From Malacoraja senta (lineage: Eukaryota), in NCBI GenBank assembly GCA_038087875.1, contig JAXLNO010000385.1, positions 62,001 to 126,000 on the forward strand: a DNA stretch of 64,000 nucleotides, in the 5' to 3' direction. The notes beneath the pieces are model-generated. The model was not told where the DNA came from and made no database searches. It was given only the letters and a program-made list of their open reading frames with translations. Numbering within the stretch: the stretch's first letter is position 1; each line of letters begins with the position of its first letter. Below are positions 25,085-40,385 of the stretch, piece after piece. Made by a program: the position numbers and the translations under genes.

Positions 25085-25432
25085 TTCTAACCCACCATTC
25101 TACCTCCAGGTCCCTCAGGTCGGCCGACTTGGGGCTACTGACTATCTCGCGGTCTAGGTTTAAGCTCAGGGGCTGACCGCGCTTTTGCGGTTGCAGCACC
25201 TAGACTGTGGAACAGCATCCCTCTCCTCATCAGAACTGCCCCCGCCATCGACTTCTTTAAATCGAGGCTCAAACCTATTTCAACCCAATAGCGCTCTGAG
25301 GCCCTCTGAGGGGGCGCTGTAAACAGTTTGTGTATGCATTGTTAGCTCTGTGTACCATTGTATGTAGCACATTAGTATCTGCACTGGTCTACAGCACTTT
25401 GGTCAACGAGACTTGATTTTAAATGTGCTATA
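25085..25432 (+). mobile_element. L2 LINE 3' end (mirror copy about 34865-35215)
   Basis: Similar to the 3275-3862 element; DRAFAVAAPRLWNSIPL...FKSRLK-type end and L2 tail. Confidence 0.75.
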
Positions 25433-25444
25433 TGTTTTCTTCTC

Positions 25445-25640
25445 GTTTCAACGTGTTGAAAAATCTTCACGAGTCTTCACGAGCTTACCGCGTTTCCCGA
25501 GTACCTGCCGTTATCGGTACGAGCCGCTAAGAGACGTCCCGGAGCTCCGACGTACCGCTACGTACATTCTACGTGCTTACCACGAGTTTGATTTTTTTTC
25601 ACTCGGGAGAGCTCTTGAATTACCTCGTACAGTGGGACAG
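25445..25640. mobile_element. MITE fragment with a GTGGGACAG terminal repeat (family also at 1-73, 4948-4999 and 5983-6110)
   Basis: Shares tttcccgagtacctgcc with 6094-6110 and ends in agtgggacag like the TIR at 51907-51914. Confidence 0.6.
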
Positions 25641-26099
25641 ACACTGGCACACTTCGCGCTATGACATACCTTTTCTGTCATTAGTTGACGGCTGCATTTC
25701 TCGTCATATCTGACGACGTTAGATTTGCCGCAGATGATCTGAAGCCGGCGTAAACAATGCGTGGGAAACACAAATTGATGGAGCAAATCTGCCAGTCGAG
25801 CAGAAACTGTGCAGGGAATGGACAGACGGCGTTTGGTATCGGAACCGCGAAGATCTGGGGGAATAGCCCATCGAGAAACAACGCCTGTCTATCCGCATCA
25901 CAAATGCTGTCTGACCCATTGAGTACTGAACTGCCCCCCCCCCCCCCCCCCGCTGCAGGATGCAAAAGGATTTGGAGAGGGCGTTGAAATGTTAGCATGT
26001 TGGTGAAAATGCAAAGGCTGGATGGAAGAGGGCAAAGTTCAATTGAGATGTGTGGGGCATGTTTCTATATGTCGAGGGTGACCGATGCCTGAATTTTTT

Positions 26100-26632
26100 T
26101 AGAACGGAGACGAGGAAACACTTTTTCTCACAGAGTGGTGTCTGTGGAATTCTCTGCCTCAGAGGGCGGTGGAGCCGGTTCTCTGGAATCTTTCAAGAGA
26201 GAGCTAGATAGGGCTCTTAAAAATAGCGGAGTCAGGGGATATGGGGAGAAGGCAGGAACGGGGTACTGATTGGGGATGATCAGCCATGATCACATTGAAT
26301 GGCGGTGTTGGCTCGAAGGGCCAAATGGCCTGCTCCTGCACCTATGTTCTATTGTCTATTGAAATGTTCTTCTCGTGTAGGTGATGGAGGCTGTTAGTAT
26401 CAATGGAGTTTATGAGGCATTTGTATGGGCATGTGGATATGCAAAAACCTGAGAGATCTCCATCAATTTGAGTAAGCAGATTACATTGATTTATCTTGAC
26501 ATCATGTTCGACCCAGACTTTGCCTTTCCCTGTGTTGCATAGAATCATAGACAATAGGTGCAGGAGGAGGCCATTCGGCCCTTCGAGCCAGCACCGCCAT
26601 TCATTGTGATCATGGCTGTTCATCCCCAATCA
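26100..26632. mobile_element. CR1/HER1 3' fragments (26100-26360 +; 26548-26632 -)
   Basis: Conserved CR1 3' UTR (gatcagccatgatcac...ggctcgaagggccgaatggcct). Confidence 0.85.
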
Positions 26633-26902
26633 ATCCCATAGTTGTATATGTCTATTTTCGATACATAAGTACACAAGACATTGTTAATAAAATAATACCA
26701 TGGTGCAGAATGCAGATTTGCGTTTATTATTCTTGTGTGCACCGCGTTAAATCGAAAAGTGTTTTTTTTACCCGTTATTGGAACAAAAAAAGCTGTACAA
26801 TAAATAAACACAATCATATCAAAAACAACATCATTTGATCGATCAAGAGGGAAGATTGTTAGAATCTAGTCCTTTGCATTGCCAGCGCATTAGCCCCATA
26901 GA

Positions 26903-27226
26903 AGGGCGGTCACGGTGGAGCAGCGGTAGAGTTGCTGCCTTACAGCGAATGCAGCGCCGGAGACCCGGTTCGATCCCGACTACGGGTGCTGTCTGTACGG
27001 AGTTTGTACGTTCTCCCCGTGGGTTTTCTCCGAGATCTTCAGTATCCTCCCACACTCCAAAGAGGTGCAGGTTTCTAGGTTAATTGACTTGGGGAAAATG
27101 TAAAAATGGTCCCTAGTGGGAGTAGAATAGTGTTAATGTGCGGGATCGCTGGTCGGCGCCGACCCGGTGGGCCGAAGGGCCTGTTTCTGGGCTGCATCTC
27201 TAAAACTAAAACGAAATAAAACTAAA
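26903..27226 (+). mobile_element. HE1-type tRNA-derived SINE (mirror copy 33075-33412, -)
   Basis: A-box-like ggtggagcagcgg, B-box ggttcgatccc, central cctcccacactccaaaga domain, LINE-derived tail ggccgaagggcctgtttc and (taaac)n. Confidence 0.85.
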
Positions 27227-27665
27227 GACCAAGTCAGCTGTCCACGTTGGGGAAGTGGTGAATCGCGTACTCATGGCTTGTGGAAGGACCGTCAAGAAAC
27301 ATAATAGCAGAGGGGGAAAGAGGTTTCTTAGTGTGGTGGTGCGTTCGTTCAAGCCTCTGTACCTTTAGCCGGACGGGAGCAGCGAGGATGCGTGGATGTT
27401 TTGTTTCAATGTCGTCGAATTTGAGGAAGGATTTGGTTTTAGCTACTGTACGAAGCTGAAAGAATCCAACTTCTACCACAGCGTTGACTTCCTTGTCAAA
27501 CTTCAATGCGGAGTCAAATATCACGCCAGGTTTTTTGACATGCGGTTTGACTAAGTAGGTTAGGCATCCAAGGCTGCCTGCTATCGTTTTGATGGAGTCG
27601 GTAATCATTGGTAATATTAATTCCAAGGAACTTGAAGATCTTAACCATTTCTTATTGAGCAGGCG

Positions 27666-28090
<425 letters not shown>

Positions 28091-28092
28091 AA

Positions 28093-30118
28093 TGAGATGA
28101 GAAAACCATTTTTTACACAGAGAGTGGTGAATCTGTGGAATTCTCTGCCACAGAAGGTAGTTGAGGCCAGTTCTTTGGCTATATTTAAGAGGGAGTTAGA
28201 TGTGGCCCTTGTGGCTAAAGGGGATCAGGGGGTATGGAGAGAAGGCAGGTACAGGATACTGAGTTGGATGATCAGCCATGATCATATTGAATGGCGGTGC
28301 AGGGCTCGAAGGGCCGAATGGCCTGCTCCTGCACCTATTGTCTATGTTTCTATGTTTCTATGTTTCTATGCTGCTGCACCCGCTGAGTTTCTCCAGAATT
28401 TTTGTCTACCTGTCATCTCCAATGTGCTCTGTCTGTCATCGGCCTCCCCAGTTATAGCCACACAGCGGACACAAAACTGACTGCACAACAGTGGCGACAC
28501 TATATTGGGTGGTGGTGTTACTAACAACGGAGGCCCATCGGTCATCTCCCTCGCAAGTGTCCAACAGGTGCTTGCTTCACTGTCCTCAAACTGAACTACA
28601 GCCTGGAAATCCGAGGAATTAAACATCAATAGGCGTCTAATTTTCTCAAAGGGGCAGAGTAAACAACAAAATAATATATATTAAAAATAATATAACTGCC
28701 TGTCAAATAGGTTGCTCATTTTTAAATATCCGTGACCATTGAAGTGTATCTTTCAGTCTCTATGTGTCCCAGATATACACATCACAGAGGGAGAAATACT
28801 CTCTTAAATTAATTGATATATATAATCACAGAAATACATAGAAACATAGACAATAGGTGCAGGAGGAGGCCCTCTGGCTCTTCGAGCCTGCACGGCCATT
28901 CATTGCGATCATGGCTGATCGTCCCCTATCAATAACCCGTGCCTGCCTTCTCCACATATCCCTTGACTCCACTAGCCCCTAGAGCTCTATCTAACTCTCT
29001 CTTAAATCCATCCAGTGACTTGGCCTCCACTGCCCTCTGTGGCAGGGAATTCCACAAATTCACAACTCTCTGGGTGAAAACGTTTTTTTCTCACCTCAGC
29101 TTAAATGATCTCCCCTTTATTCTAAGACACTGGCCCCTGGTTCTGGACTCGCCCACCATTGGGAACATTTTTCCTGCATCTAACTTGTCCAGTCCTTTAT
29201 AATTTGATATGTTTCTATAAGATCCCCCCCTCATCCTAAATTCCAGTGAATACAAGCCCAGTCTTTTCAATCTTTCCTCATATGACAGTCCCGCCATCCC
29301 AGGGATCAATCTTGTGAATCTACGCTGCACTGCCTCAATCACAAGGATGTCCTTCCTCAAATTAGGAGAACAAAACTGTACACAATATCCAGGTGCGGTC
29401 TCACTAGGGCCCTGTACAACTGCAGTAGGACCTCTTTGCTCCTATACTCAAATCATCTCACAATGAAGGCCAACATGCCATTGGCTTTCTTCACTGCCTG
29501 CTGTACCTGCATGCTTACTTTCAGTGACTCATGAACAAGGACCCCCAGAACCCGTTGTACCTCCCCTTTTCCTAACTTGACACCATTCAGATAATAATCT
29601 GCCTTGTGTCAAGGTATAATGTCAATAGACAATAGACCAATATGTGCAGGAGTAGGCCATTTGGCCCTTTGAGCCAATGTGATCATGGCTGATCATCCCC
29701 AATCAGTACCCCGTTCCTGCCTTCTCCGCTATCCCCTTACTCCGCTATCTTTAAGCGCCTATCTACTTCTCTCTTTGAAAGTATCCAGAGAACCTCCTCC
29801 ACCGCCCTCTGAGGCAGAAAATTCCACAGACTCACAACTCTCTGTGAGAAAACGTGTTTCCTCGTCTCCGTTCTAAATGGCTGACCCCTTATTCTTAAAC
29901 TGTGTATGACCCCTGGTTCTGGACTCCCCCAACATCGGGAACATGTTTCCTGCCTCTAGCGTGTCCAAGCCCTTAACAATTCGTACATGTTTCAATGAGA
30001 TACCCTCTCATCCTTCTAAACTCCAGAGTGTACAAGCCCAGCCGCTCCATTCTCTCAGCATATGACAGTCCCGCCATCCCCGAATTAACCTGGTGAACCT
30101 ACGCTGCACTCCCTCAAT
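28093..30118. mobile_element. Several CR1/HER1 3' fragments (28093-28370 +; 28830-29605 -; 29625-30118 -)
   Basis: VQRRFTRLIPGM...LGLYSLE and FFTQRVVNLWNSLP motifs with the conserved 3' UTR. Confidence 0.85.
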
Positions 30119-30419
30119 ATCAAAGACGTATAGCAAGCAAGATAGTGCACTCCTGCTAAAACCAATGGGCAGACGTGTAGTACGCAACGGAGCCGAACGT
30201 CGGCCATTTTAGTAACCCAACCCGACTTTGTATATCCTCTTGCAGTGTAATCAGCGTTGCGGGGAACAGTTTGAGTGTGTGATATAGTGTTAGATTTATG
30301 ATTCAATAATTCTGTTAATTCATAATTCTGCTATTTTTTGTTAATGATTAATATGTCTTTATTTTATTTTATTTATTTAATGTTTAAAAAAAATCTTTTT
30401 TTTAAGTTTAAAAAAAAAA

Positions 30420-30640
30420 ATTATCCATCCCCTCCCCGTTCCCAGTCTCTCCACCAGTCATACTGTCTCCGACCTACATTCTATCTCTGTCCAGCCCACT
30501 CCCCTGATATCAGTCTGAAGCAGGGTCTTGCCCCGAAACGTCACCCATTCCTTCTCTCCAGAAAGATGCTGCCTGACCCGTTGAGTTACTCCAGCACTTT
30601 GTGTCTACCTTCGGTTTAAAGCATCATCTGCAGTTCTTTC
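30420..30640 (+). mobile_element. PLE terminal-repeat remnant with mutated hammerhead core (30512-30542)
   Basis: CUGAAGC-AGGGUCUUGCCCC-GAAAC-GUC followed by gatgctgcctgacccgttgagttactccagca. Confidence 0.65.
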
Positions 30641-30662
30641 TCACACTCATACATACATATAG

Positions 30663-30664
30663 AT

Positions 30665-30700
<36 letters not shown>

Positions 30701-30894
30701 GCACACACACACACACACACGCACGCACCACACACACGCACACACACACACATACACACAGATACACACACACACACACACACACATACGCACACACAGA
30801 GATATGACACACACACGCACACACACACACACACAGTCACAGACACACAGTCACAGACACACACACACACGTGCACACACACACACACACAGAT

Positions 30895-30989
<95 letters not shown>

Positions 30990-31012
30990 GATACACACAA
31001 ACACACACACAC
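30663..31012. repeat. (CA)n microsatellite
   Basis: Directly visible. Confidence 0.98.
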
Positions 31013-31061
31013 AATAATAGTGCTGAAAGATAAATAATCAATGCCACAATGTCGATGTGGT

Positions 31062-31261
31062 NNNNNNNNNNNNNNNNNNNNNNNNNNNNNNNNNNNNNNN
31101 NNNNNNNNNNNNNNNNNNNNNNNNNNNNNNNNNNNNNNNNNNNNNNNNNNNNNNNNNNNNNNNNNNNNNNNNNNNNNNNNNNNNNNNNNNNNNNNNNNNN
31201 NNNNNNNNNNNNNNNNNNNNNNNNNNNNNNNNNNNNNNNNNNNNNNNNNNNNNNNNNNNNN
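31062..31261. other. Assembly gap (200 N)
   Basis: Run of exactly 200 N, a fixed-size scaffolding gap. Confidence 0.99.
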
Positions 31262-32200
31262 GCTAGTGGTGTCAATGGATATGGGGAGAAGGCAGGCACG
31301 GGTTATTGATAGGGGACGATCAGCCATGATCACAATGAATGGCGGTGTTGGCTGGAAGGGCCAAATGGCCTCCTCCTGCACCTATTGTCTATGTTTCTAT
31401 GTTTCTATGTATTTCTGTGCCTATATATCAATTAATTTAAGAGAGTATTTCTCCCTCTGTGATGTGTATATCTGGGACACATAGAGACTGAAAGAAACAC
31501 TTCAATGGTCAGGGATATTTAAAAATGAGCAACCTATTTGACAGGAAGTTATATTATTTTTAATATATATTATTTTGTTGTTTACTCTGCCCCTTTGAGA
31601 AAATTAGACACCTATTGATGTTTAATTCCTCGGATTTCCAGGCTGTAGTTCAGTTTGAGGACAATGAAGCAAGCACCTGTTGGACACTTGCGAGGGAGAT
31701 GACCGATGGGCCTCCGTTGTTAGTAACACCACCACCCAATATAGTGTCGCCACTGTTGTGCAGTCAGTTGAGTGTCCGCTGTGTGGCTACAACTGGGGAG
31801 GCCGATGACAGACAGAGCACATTTGAGATTACAGGTAGACAAAAATGCTGGAGAAACTCAGCGGGTGCAGCAGCATAGAAACATAGAAACATAGAAACAT
31901 AGAAAATAGGTGCAGGAGTAGGCCATTCGGCCCTTCAAGCCTGCACCGCCATTCAATATGATCATGGCTGATCATCTAACTCAGTATCCTGTACCTGCCT
32001 TCTCACCATACCCCCTGATCCCTTTAGCCACAAGGGCCACATCTAACTCCCTCTTAAATATAGCCAATGAACTGGCCTCAACTACCTTCTGTGGCAGAGA
32101 ATTCCACAGATTCACCACTCTCTGTGTAAAAAATGTTTTTCTCATCTCATTGAGATAGAGATGGAGAGCTAGAGAGATAGAAAGATGGAGATAGAGAGAC

Positions 32201-32243
<43 letters not shown>

Positions 32244-32322
32244 GATACAGGGTTAGAGATGGACAGCTAGAGAGATAGAGAGAGATAGAGAGGTAGAGAG
32301 ATAGTTAGATAGATAGATAGAG

Positions 32323-32438
<116 letters not shown>

Positions 32439-32548
32439 GGAGAGAGAGACAGATAGAGAGACAGAGAGGGACAGATAGAGAGACAGATAGATAGACAGAT
32501 AGATAGACAGATAGATAGATAGATAGACAGATAGATAGATAGATAGAC

Positions 32549-32579
<31 letters not shown>

Positions 32580-35542
32580 CAGATAGAAAGATAGACAGAT
32601 AGATAGATAGACAGATAGATAGATAGGTAGATACGCCTGCTCAATAAGAAATGGTTAAGATCTTCAAGTTCCTTGGAATTAATATTACCAATGATTACCA
32701 AGTCTGACTCCATCAAAACGATAGCAGGCAGCCTTGGATGCCTAACCTCCTTAGTCAAACCGCATGTCAAAAAACTTGGCGTGATATTTGACTCCGCATT
32801 GAAGTTTGACAAGGAAGTCAACGCTGTGGTAGAAGTTGAATTCTTCCAGCTTCGTACAATAGCTAAAACCAAATCCTTCCTCAAATTCGACGACATTGAA
32901 ACAAAACATCCACGCATCCACGCTGCTCCCGGCCGGCTAACGGTACAGAGGCTTGAACGAACGCACCACCACACTAAGAAACCTCTTTCCCCCTCTGCTA
33001 TTATGTTTCCTGACGGTCCTTCCACAAGCCATGAGTACGCGATTCACCACTTCCCCAACGTGGACAGCTGACTTTGTATTTAGTTTTATTTAGTTTTAGT
33101 TTTAGAGAAGCAGCCCAGAAACAGGCCCTTCGGCCCACCGGGTCGGCGCCGACCAGCAATCCCCGCACATTAACACTATTCTACTCCCAATAGGGACCAT
33201 TTTTACATTTTCCCCAAGTCAATTAACATAGAAACCTGCACGTTTTTGGAGTGTGGGAGGACACCGAAGATCTCGGTGAAAACACGCGCAGGTCACGGGG
33301 AGAACGTATAAACTCCGTACAGACAGCTCCCGTAGTCGGGATCGAACCCGGGTCTCCGGCGCTGCATTCGCTGTAAGGCAGCAACTCTACCGCTGCGCCA
33401 CCGTGACCGCCCTTCTATGGGGCTAATGCGCTGCAATGCGAAGGACTATATTCTAACAATCTTCCCTCTTGCTCGATCAAATGATCTTGTTTTTGATATG
33501 ATTGTGTTTATTTATTTATTGAACAGCTTTTTTTGTTCCAATAACGGGTAAAACAAACCTTTTCGATTTAACGCGGTGCACACAAGAATAATAAACGCAA
33601 ATCTGCATTCTGCACCATGGTATTATGTTCTTAACAATGTCTTGTGTACTTATGTATCGAATATAGACATATACAACTATGGTATTGATTGGGGACGATC
33701 AGCCATGATCACAATGAATGGCGGTGCTGGCTCGAAGGGCCGAATGGCCTCCTCCTGCACCTATTTTCTATGTTTCTATGCAACACAGGGAAAGGCAAAG
33801 TCTGGGTCGAACATGATGTCAAGATAAATTAATGTAATCTGCTTACTCAAATTGATGGAGATCTCTCAGGTTTTTGCATATCCACATGCCCATACAAATG
33901 CCTCATAAACTCCATTGATACCAACAGCCTCCACCACCGACACGAGAAGAACATTTCAATAGACAATAGAACATAAGTACAGGAGTAGGCCATTTGGCCC
34001 TTCGAGCCAACACCGCCATTCAATGTGATCATGGCTGATCGTCCCCAATCAGTATCCCGTTCTTGCCTTCTCCCCATATCCCCTGACTCCGCTTTTTTTT
34101 TAAAGTCCTATCTAGCTCTCACTTGAAAGTTTCCAGAGAACCGGCCTCCACCGCCCTCTGAGGCAGAGAATTCCACAGACTCACCACTCTCTGTGAGAAA
34201 AAGTGTTTCCTCGTCTCCATTCTAAAAAAATTCTCTACATATAGAAACATGCCCCACACATCTCAATTGAACTTTGCCCTCTTCCATCCAGCCTTTGCAT
34301 TTTCACCAACATGCTAACATTTCAACGCCCTCTCCAAATCCTTTGCATCCCGCAGCGGGGGCAGTTCAGTACTCAATGGGTCAGACAGCATTTGTGATGC
34401 GTATAGACAGGCGTTGTTTCTCGATGGGCTATTCCCCCAGATCTTCGCGGTTCCGATACAAAACGCCGTCTGTCCATTCTCTGCACAGTTTCTGCTCGAC
34501 TCGCAGATTTGCTCCATCAATTTGTGTTTTCCACGCATTGTTTACGTCGGCTTCAGATCATCTGCGGCAAATCTAACGTCGTCAGATATGATGAGAAATG
34601 CAGCCGTCAACTAATGACAGAAAGGGTATGTCAGAGCGCGAAGTGTGCCAGTGCCTGTCCCAATGTACGAGGTAATTCAAGAGCTCTCCCGAGTGGATAA
34701 AAAAATCAAACTCGTGGTAAGCACGTTGAATGTACGTAGCGGGTACGTCGGAGCTCGGGGACGTCTCTTAGCGGCTCGTACCGATAACGGCAGGTACTCG
34801 GGAAACGCGGTAAGCTCGTGAAGACTCGTGAAGATTTTTCAACACGTTGAAACGAGAAGAAAACATATAGCACATTTAAAATCAAGTCTCGTTGACCAAA
34901 GTGCTGTAGACCAGTGCAGATACTAATGTGCTACATACAATGGTACACAGAGCTAACAATGCATACACAAACTGTTTACAGCGCCCCCTCAGAGGGCCTC
35001 AAGAGCGCTATTGGGTTGAAATAGGTTTGAGCCTCGATTTAAAGAAGTCGATGGCGGGGGCAGTTCTGATGAGGAGAGGGATGCTGTTCCACAGTCTAGG
35101 TGCTGCAACCGCAAAAGCGCGGTCAGCCCCTGAGCTTAAACCTAGACCGCGAGATAGTCAGTAGCCCCAAGTCGGCCGACCTGAGGGACCTGGAGGTAGA
35201 ATGGTGGGTTAGAAGATGTTTGATACAGGAGGGGGCAAGCCCGTTAGGGTGATTGGACGGGTGCATTAATAGGAAAGGTTAAAATGAATGTCGGGGAATC
35301 GCGGGCAAATCGGACTCGCGTTGACGGCGCATCTCGGTTAGCAGAGACGAAATGAGCCAAAGTGACAGATTCAGTGATGTATGATTCTATAACTTCTACG
35401 AGTGATGGTTCAAATGGCCATTGCAAGCTGTTCCGTGTGAGTATGTGCGTAGTGGAGATTCTGAGCAGTTGAATGGGAATATTGGGCGGACAAACACTGA
35501 TGGGAGCAAATGTATGTTGAACTATCGGCGTGGATCAGAGGG

Positions 35543-36447
35543 TCACGGACGGACAAGTGCACGAATTGCACTCACTGGGAATTTAACCGCGTTGATCAGC
35601 TCAGCCCTGAATTTACTCTGGGTCACCACGTAAATACACGTGTTGGTGCAGGTACTGAGCAGCTGTAAGAAGCCCGACGTGATCATTGTGATATAGTAAT
35701 AACCGGTGGGGGTGTAGTCAACTCGCACCTTCGCAATACCCGTAAAGATGTAAAATATGGCCTGTGTTGCCCACAGCAGGACGAAAGTGCCCGTGATACT
35801 GAAGAGTAAAACGATGGATTTACTGCGGTTCTCCATCTCCGGGTCCTTGTCATTCTCTCCGTTGCTGCGTCCCCGGAGCCCCCTGCGGACTCTGCTGGCC
35901 GCTACAATCCGCCTGACCGTCAGCACATTGAGCAGAAGGATCAGAAAGAACGGGATACAAGGGGTTAGGACGCGGTGTGTGACAGCATATGCGATCCATG
36001 CAGACGACGTATAGTAGGTGGGTTTACCGTAGCAACCCCAGGGAAGATTATCAAACACGTAGCCAGGTTCTAACGTAAAACACCAGGGGACGTTCTCTAA
36101 ACAGCCCAGCACACCCACTGCCCCGATAATCACAGTCGCCGTTCTCTCAGTGCAATATCTTGTTTTCAGCTTCTCACAGCAAATAGCCACAAACCGATCG
36201 AAGGTGAAGGCGACCGTCAGCCAGACAGAGACCGCGGTGGATGCAAAGACCAGGAAATAGATAGTCGTGCACACGGGAGTAATGTTCAGCAAAGAATACG
36301 GGAAGTGAATTAGAATAGTCTGATTGAGAAACGGATCGGTGATGCCGACCAGGAGATCAGACGCTGCCATGGCCACCAGGTAGAGAGTGATGCATTTGGA
36401 GAGACCGCATTTACCTCGACAGAGAATCACAATCGCCAGCAAGTTCA
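35543..36447 (-). CDS. Exon 2 of GPR139/142-like class A GPCR copy B (intact; 324 aa with exon 1)
   Basis: Open frame with hydrophobic segments for TM1 end to TM7, DRF in TM3, Cys in TM3 and ECL2, ENRSKSIVLLF before TM6, STCTNTCIY in TM7, QSKFRAEL helix 8; acceptor AG at 36449-36448. Confidence 0.92.
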
Positions 36448-37304
36448 CTGTGAGAGAGAGAAGAGATATTACTGACATAAGCCCCGCACAAAAGTATCTG
36501 AGGGACATTGTCTGATTGGAAGGTTTTCAAACTTCAAATTTGATTGACCAAATCACCTTCAGCCCAGACCACGTTCAGAGACTACAGCCTTTGGACCACG
36601 GGGTCCACGCACCTCATCAAACACCAATGTGTATTACGTTCACAGCTTTTAATACTGCCCATATTCTTATGAACTGTCTCCAGATTGTAGCATCCATCTA
36701 CACTGTCCCATGGACAGTAGTTACAGAAACCATTAATAGGCAGGTCAATTGCATGTGGGAGGAAACATGCGCACAGCCAAGATTAGCGTGGAGTCGGAGG
36801 ACGAACGATGAAACATTGCTCATAAAGCACGGGAGGGTGGAGATTGAACCTGCGTCTCCGAAACCGTGTGACACCGGCAGCCAGGCACGGAAATCGCTAT
36901 CAAAACATGGGGGGGACGGCAACATCGGAAGCTGACCTGGTTGGTGACCGACTCCGTACTTCAGCAACAGCAGCTTCGTCCGCCTCGACTGGTGGGGCTT
37001 GAATCCGCCCGATCGCAGGGCCTTTCGTCGGCCGGCGGGGGCTTCAACATGGGGAGCCTCGATCGCCTAGATGCAGCAGGTTGATTTTAAGACGCGCTGG
37101 GTGGTGAAAGGCCCCGCGAACTGACCGATTCAGCCCTTAGAAAGCATCTGATAAATTCCGGATTACAAAAGTAGGTGGGATTGTCCCCCACCTCTCAAAG
37201 CGCCGGGGGCGGGGGGGGGGGTTGCTCCGTCCCTCCCCAGAATTTCCGCCCATGTAGGTGATACTGACTGTGGCATGGTGGCGAGCATGTACAGATACAT
37301 CTGC

Positions 37305-40300
37305 GGATATAAATTCTAATTTCGCTAAAGAGCCAACTATAGATAAACATAATAAAATAACAATATTCAAATTTAATTAAATAAAATATTATCAGCAAAA
37401 GTTATAAGATTATTTCAAATTACAAAACAGGAACATTTTGAATTTGGTTATAAACCGCATAACCTTTTGGGACGTCAATTGAAAAAACGGGAAAAGATCA
37501 TACGATTTTAAAGATAAAATCAGATAAAGTTGAATTGTTAACACTGCCTAATGATATTAATAAAAGATTTGCTCAATTGTATCAAAATGTATATACATCT
37601 AAAACGTCAGCAGATAGTACTAAAGTTATAGAGTTCTTGGATAACTGTAATCTCCCAAAACTTAACCTGATCGAACAAGAGGAATTAGGAGCACAAATCT
37701 CAATTAAGGAAATAGAAGAAACAATAAACTCACTAAAGGATGGAAAAACACCAGGACCAGATGGATTTAGTAATGAATTTTATAAAAGATTTTATGAGAT
37801 AATTTCACCACGTTTACATAAAATGTATACATATGCTTTCAAAGAACAAACATTACCAGAAACATTAGCGGAATCAACGATTACACTTATACCGAAAAAA
37901 GATAAAGATTTAGAAGACCCTGGTTCATACAGAGCCATTGCGCTCTTAAATACAGATCAAAAAATACTAGCAAAAACATTAGCTAGAAGATTAAGTAAAT
38001 ACGTTAGTAAATTCATCAATGCGGATCAAACGGGGTTTATACCCAAGAGATATTCATGCAATAATCTGAGACGTCTGTTTAATATAACGCATTCATATCA
38101 AACTGAAGATCAATTATTTCATTGGACGCAGAAAAAGCATTCGATCAAGTGGAATCGGACTACCTTGTTAAAGTATTGCAAAAAATTCAAATGGGACAGA
38201 ATTTTATCTCATGGGTAAAACTATTCTATGACAGGCCCACTGCTAGAATATTAACTGATAACATGTTGTCCCCGAAATTTCAATTACCAAGGGGCAATAG
38301 ACAGGGATGCTCACTATCACCTCTGCTATTTGTCTTGTAATAGAACCTCTAGCTGAAAGCATTAGAACACATCCGAATATCCATGGTTATAATACAAAAT
38401 ACTCAAATAATAAAATATCATTATACGCAGATGATGTACTACTATACATCACAAAATCACAAATCAGTATACCAAATATATTAAATCTAATAGAGGAATT
38501 TGGATCCTTCTCAGGAAATAGAATAAATTGGAATAAAAGTGAAATTATGACGATAAAACCTCAAGACTAAACACACCTGTGAAAATTCCTTTTTAAAATT
38601 GGTACAGAAAAAAATAATATTTGGGAATTGAAATTTCCAGAAAATATAAATCTTTATTTAATGCAAACTATATGCCCCTACTTAATAAATTAAACGCCCT
38701 GATTAAATTTTGGAAAACTCTTCCGATGTCTTTAATAGGCCGAATAAATGCTATAAAAATGATGTTTCTACCACAAATTTTATATCTATTCCAATCAATA
38801 TAAATATACTTACCAAAAAAGTTTAAAAAAAAACTGGATTCCGATATCACAAATTTTATACGGGACTATATATCCCATAGAATTCAAAGACATTTGTGCA
38901 AACCTAGAGAATTTGGTGGATTAACACTCCCTAATTTTTGTATTCTAATTTGGCAGCAAATGTCAAAAATGTCATTCACCTGTTCGATTGCATAGTAATG
39001 GAGAGAGATGATTGCTCCCCTTTTAATATAGGAGCGATCCTTCTCTCACCAATAAAACTGAATAATACAACATACAGTAAAAATCCAATTATTCATAGTA
39101 CAATTAGAATTTGGAAACAAATAAAATTAATCCTAAAATTAAGAAACCTATCGCTTCCATAGTTAATAATCCGTCGTTTAAACCATCTATTATAGGTAAA
39201 TCATTTACACCCTGGGAAAGAATAGGAATTAAAACGTTTGGAGACATGTATGAAAAATGGAATTTTTTTATCATCCCAACAACAACAACTTAAATACAAT
39301 CTGAGTAATCAATATTTTAAATATTTTCAAATCCGTGATTATTTGAAAAAATATACACAAGAATATCAAAATTTGTCTCCAGACCTATTAGACGAAGCAA
39401 TGAATATAAAGGCGGAATCAACTAATTTAATATCAAACTTGTATAATGTCATCCTAAATATAGAAATACCATCATCCGATAGAATTAGAAGAGATTGGGA
39501 ACAAGCACTAGCTATAAAAATGCTATATGTGCACAAATGCTCGATCAATGTAAGACATATTCTAATCAAATTTAAAACTTTACATAGACTATATTACTCA
39601 AAAACTAAAATAAGTAAATTGTTTCCAAATGTCTCCCCATCTGTGATAAATGTCTATCGCAAGAAGCAACTATAGCACATGCCTTTGTTTTTTGTATAAC
39701 AATCCAAAAATTTTGGAATGAAATCTTTGAAATTTTTACAAAATTATTTAAAAGAAAACTGAAACCGAACGCAGAATTGATTATTTTTGGAACATTGGAA
39801 GCCAGCTTTGAGCTGACTTCGTTCCAAAAGAGCTTCCTTAATTACGGCTTAATAATAGCAAAAAAACGTGTACTTAAATTCTGGAAAAAGGCTCCCACAC
39901 CAACGATTAATATGTGGATTTCAAATATGTCCGAAATGTTACACCTAGAAGACATGAGATTCCTCCTAGCAGGCAAATCAGACCATTTCCAAAAGACGTG
40001 GTCTCCATTTATCGACATTACAAGCATAGGGTGCAACATAACTTTGAAAATAAATGGTTTCAGGACCCGGTGAGGGGTGTGTAAAGATACGAAGTAGGGA
40101 CATCCCTTTTATCTTATTTTACTTTCTTATATCTTCTGTTTTCTATTTTTCTCTTTCTTTTTCTTTGGTTTTCTTTTTAACTCTTTCTCGTGTTTTACGT
40201 TTCTACGGGTTTCTCCTGATCACTCTTTCACGCACTTACTATCTTATCTAACTCTCTCTATTCTTCTGCTTTTTAAGGTTTAAAACAAGAAGTGGTACAG

Positions 40301-40385
40301 GAAATGTATTATGTTATTTTGGCTTATATCACTGTAATGTATATTACTTCTAATAAATACAATATTAAAAGAAGAAACAAAAATC
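37305..40385 (+). mobile_element. L1-clade LINE remnant in the intron of GPCR copy B
   Basis: Mirror of 19905-22985 with the same RT motifs. Confidence 0.92.

Noticed and set aside
26903..26990. tRNA-like A and B boxes
   Set aside because: Head of an HE1-type SINE, not a tRNA gene.
36448..36508. N-terminus MSLRYFCAGLMSVISLLSLT of the 321-aa GPCR ORF (also 23799-23859)
   Set aside because: It is intron sequence with the polypyrimidine tract and acceptor; exon 1 supplies the real TM1.
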